A stretch of 64,000 nt of DNA. It comes from Hyphochytrium catenoides (lineage: Eukaryota; Protista; Hyphochytriomycota). Below, piece after piece: positions 62,801 through 64,000 of this stretch. Location: positions 1 through 64,000 of the forward strand of contig FLMG01002850.1 of the NCBI GenBank assembly GCA_900088475.1, given 5' to 3'. A program made the translations under genes and the position numbers. How positions within the stretch are numbered: position 1 is the stretch's first letter; each line of letters opens with the position of its first letter. The notes under the pieces were generated by a model. The model made no database searches and was not told the DNA's origin. It saw nothing but the letters and a program-made list of their open reading frames with translations.

Positions 62801-64000
62801 AGCAGCATGTCTGTCTCAATACGTGAATCTTATCGCTCCTGCCCCTTTCTGTCCAGTTCGCTCAAAATCAGGAGAATGTCCACGTCGTGCACTACCGTCG
62901 GATCAAGGCAAAAGCTAAGCAGAAAAAGCATCTGAAGACAGGTAAGATGGTATCATCCATGTATAGTTCTTCTCTGTCTCTTACGGCAGTCGTTCCTGCA
63001 TATGCATACATCCGGCGATGCTCTCGAAGGCTACTCCTTCCTCAGCGCGAACTCTTTCTTGATTTTCTCGCCCCGAGACGTCTTCAACAATCTTTACTAC
63101 TGGGATCTCAGCAAAGTAGCAGATGTCGTGGTGGATAACAGGTAAAACTAGATCACGAGTTTGTCACTCTTAGCTCCTCATGCCCTCTTATGGCTTCTCT
63201 CGAATCCTCCTGCGACAATCCTTTCCACTCCACCCACTCGATTCCTGTATTGGACAGTCTCTGTATCACTGTGTCTAACCTTGACATCCGTTCAGTGAGG
63301 CCGCGACCCTGGAAGAGTTATCTAACAACCTACAACTGACGGTCCAGAAAGGCAGAAAGCGGAGATTGCATCCCGCAATCATAACCTTCTTGAGGGTGCT
63401 CTCCCCCCTATGGTTCTTAAGGTACTCATGAATGGCATACCCTCCACTCTTTCTTTAGTTTCCTCTCTGAGGTTCTTGGTTAGCTCCGCTGCAACATGTC
63501 GCTCGCGCGGTAAGAGCACATGAAGAGACGTGCCCTCCTTGATGTTCTCAACTTTGCTTCGTAGCTTCAGATCGGCGTCAGTGGCTTACGATCGTTAGTG
63601 ATGTTCTCAACTTTCTAGCATTGTAGTGGTATATATCTTTCTCTGTCCGGAAGGGAGCTCAGCCGTTGAAGGAACAGAGGCAGGAGACAGGATTTTCTCT
63701 TTGGATCCTTAGTAAGATTGCTTATCTTTCTGCTTTGTCAAGGCGAATCGACGCTTGTACAGCACTCTTCCTTCATAACTGTGTGGAAGTCTCTTCTAGT
63801 TACGCTCGCCTTTATGGCGTTGCCAGCAGCTCTCTCTCCCTTCCAACCACAAGCTGTTTACCTGTCACAGAAACATGTTTATCTCTTTGCGTTAACCTCT
63901 CTTCCGTTCGTGATCACCCTCTCTCGCAGTTGTGACTCTAATTGGCCCCGGAGTCTGGCGCTAAGAGTTAGCGTAGCGTTCACGGTGGTTTTCCTGGTTC
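59801..64000 (+). CDS. Paralog B of the 50249 His...Cys membrane enzyme; intron-rich, 3' end probably beyond the window
   Basis: Exons give SDIDRYLGRTKPPAVE|YLMVEVIV...GRWGHSAIR|YTTPNGDQKLVNICRP...DPADYILGIKGK|GGIFSRDIVGIRIE...LWALHY...|KPTGNCARWVSNGL...SMFPKFVFVEVLE...NVHVVHYRRI...YYWDL..VADVVVDN, colinear with paralog A. The N-terminal exons (59801-60870) are less certain. Confidence 0.8.

Noticed and set aside
1-64000. CRISPR arrays, rRNA, intact transposons and introner-like repeated introns
   Set aside because: No repeat-spacer arrays, rRNA-like tracts, TE ORFs or mutually similar introns were visible by eye; a computational self-alignment would be needed to exclude weak similarity.

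Overview
Gene-dense, intron-rich eukaryotic nuclear DNA (about 50% GC, mostly short GT-AG introns, four small N gaps). It is probably from a flagellated protist, most plausibly a stramenopile; that placement is an inference from gene content and style. I stitched about 15 spliced genes by eye. In order: RCC1 plus 5x IPT/TIG protein (-), RNase kappa/V-ATPase subunit f-like (+), NAF1 (+), single-exon CREST-type membrane hydrolase (-), a ~16.7 kb EPG5 (+), a basic nucleolar-type protein (-), BMT5/DUF2431 (+), SAAL1-like (-), an alpha/beta-hydrolase with a SAP-like tail (-), CCDC81-like (+), LAMTOR2 (-), ADE2 (+), and an SDP1/TGL-type patatin TAG lipase (+) flanked on both sides by paralogs of an uncharacterised membrane-anchored His-then-Cys (permuted papain/NlpC-P60-like) enzyme. 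Those two paralogs share no intron positions (1 versus at least 10 in the aligned region). Other notable observations: a zinc-ribbon exon inserted in EPG5, a recurrent upstream TTCTGATG/CATCAGAA motif, an out-of-frame coding-like tail on BMT5, candidate GC-AG introns, an intronic TTAGGG tract and a tRNA-like 5' half. No intact transposon, rRNA, complete tRNA or CRISPR array was seen. Family calls come from motif recognition, not database searches, and exon boundaries are manual.
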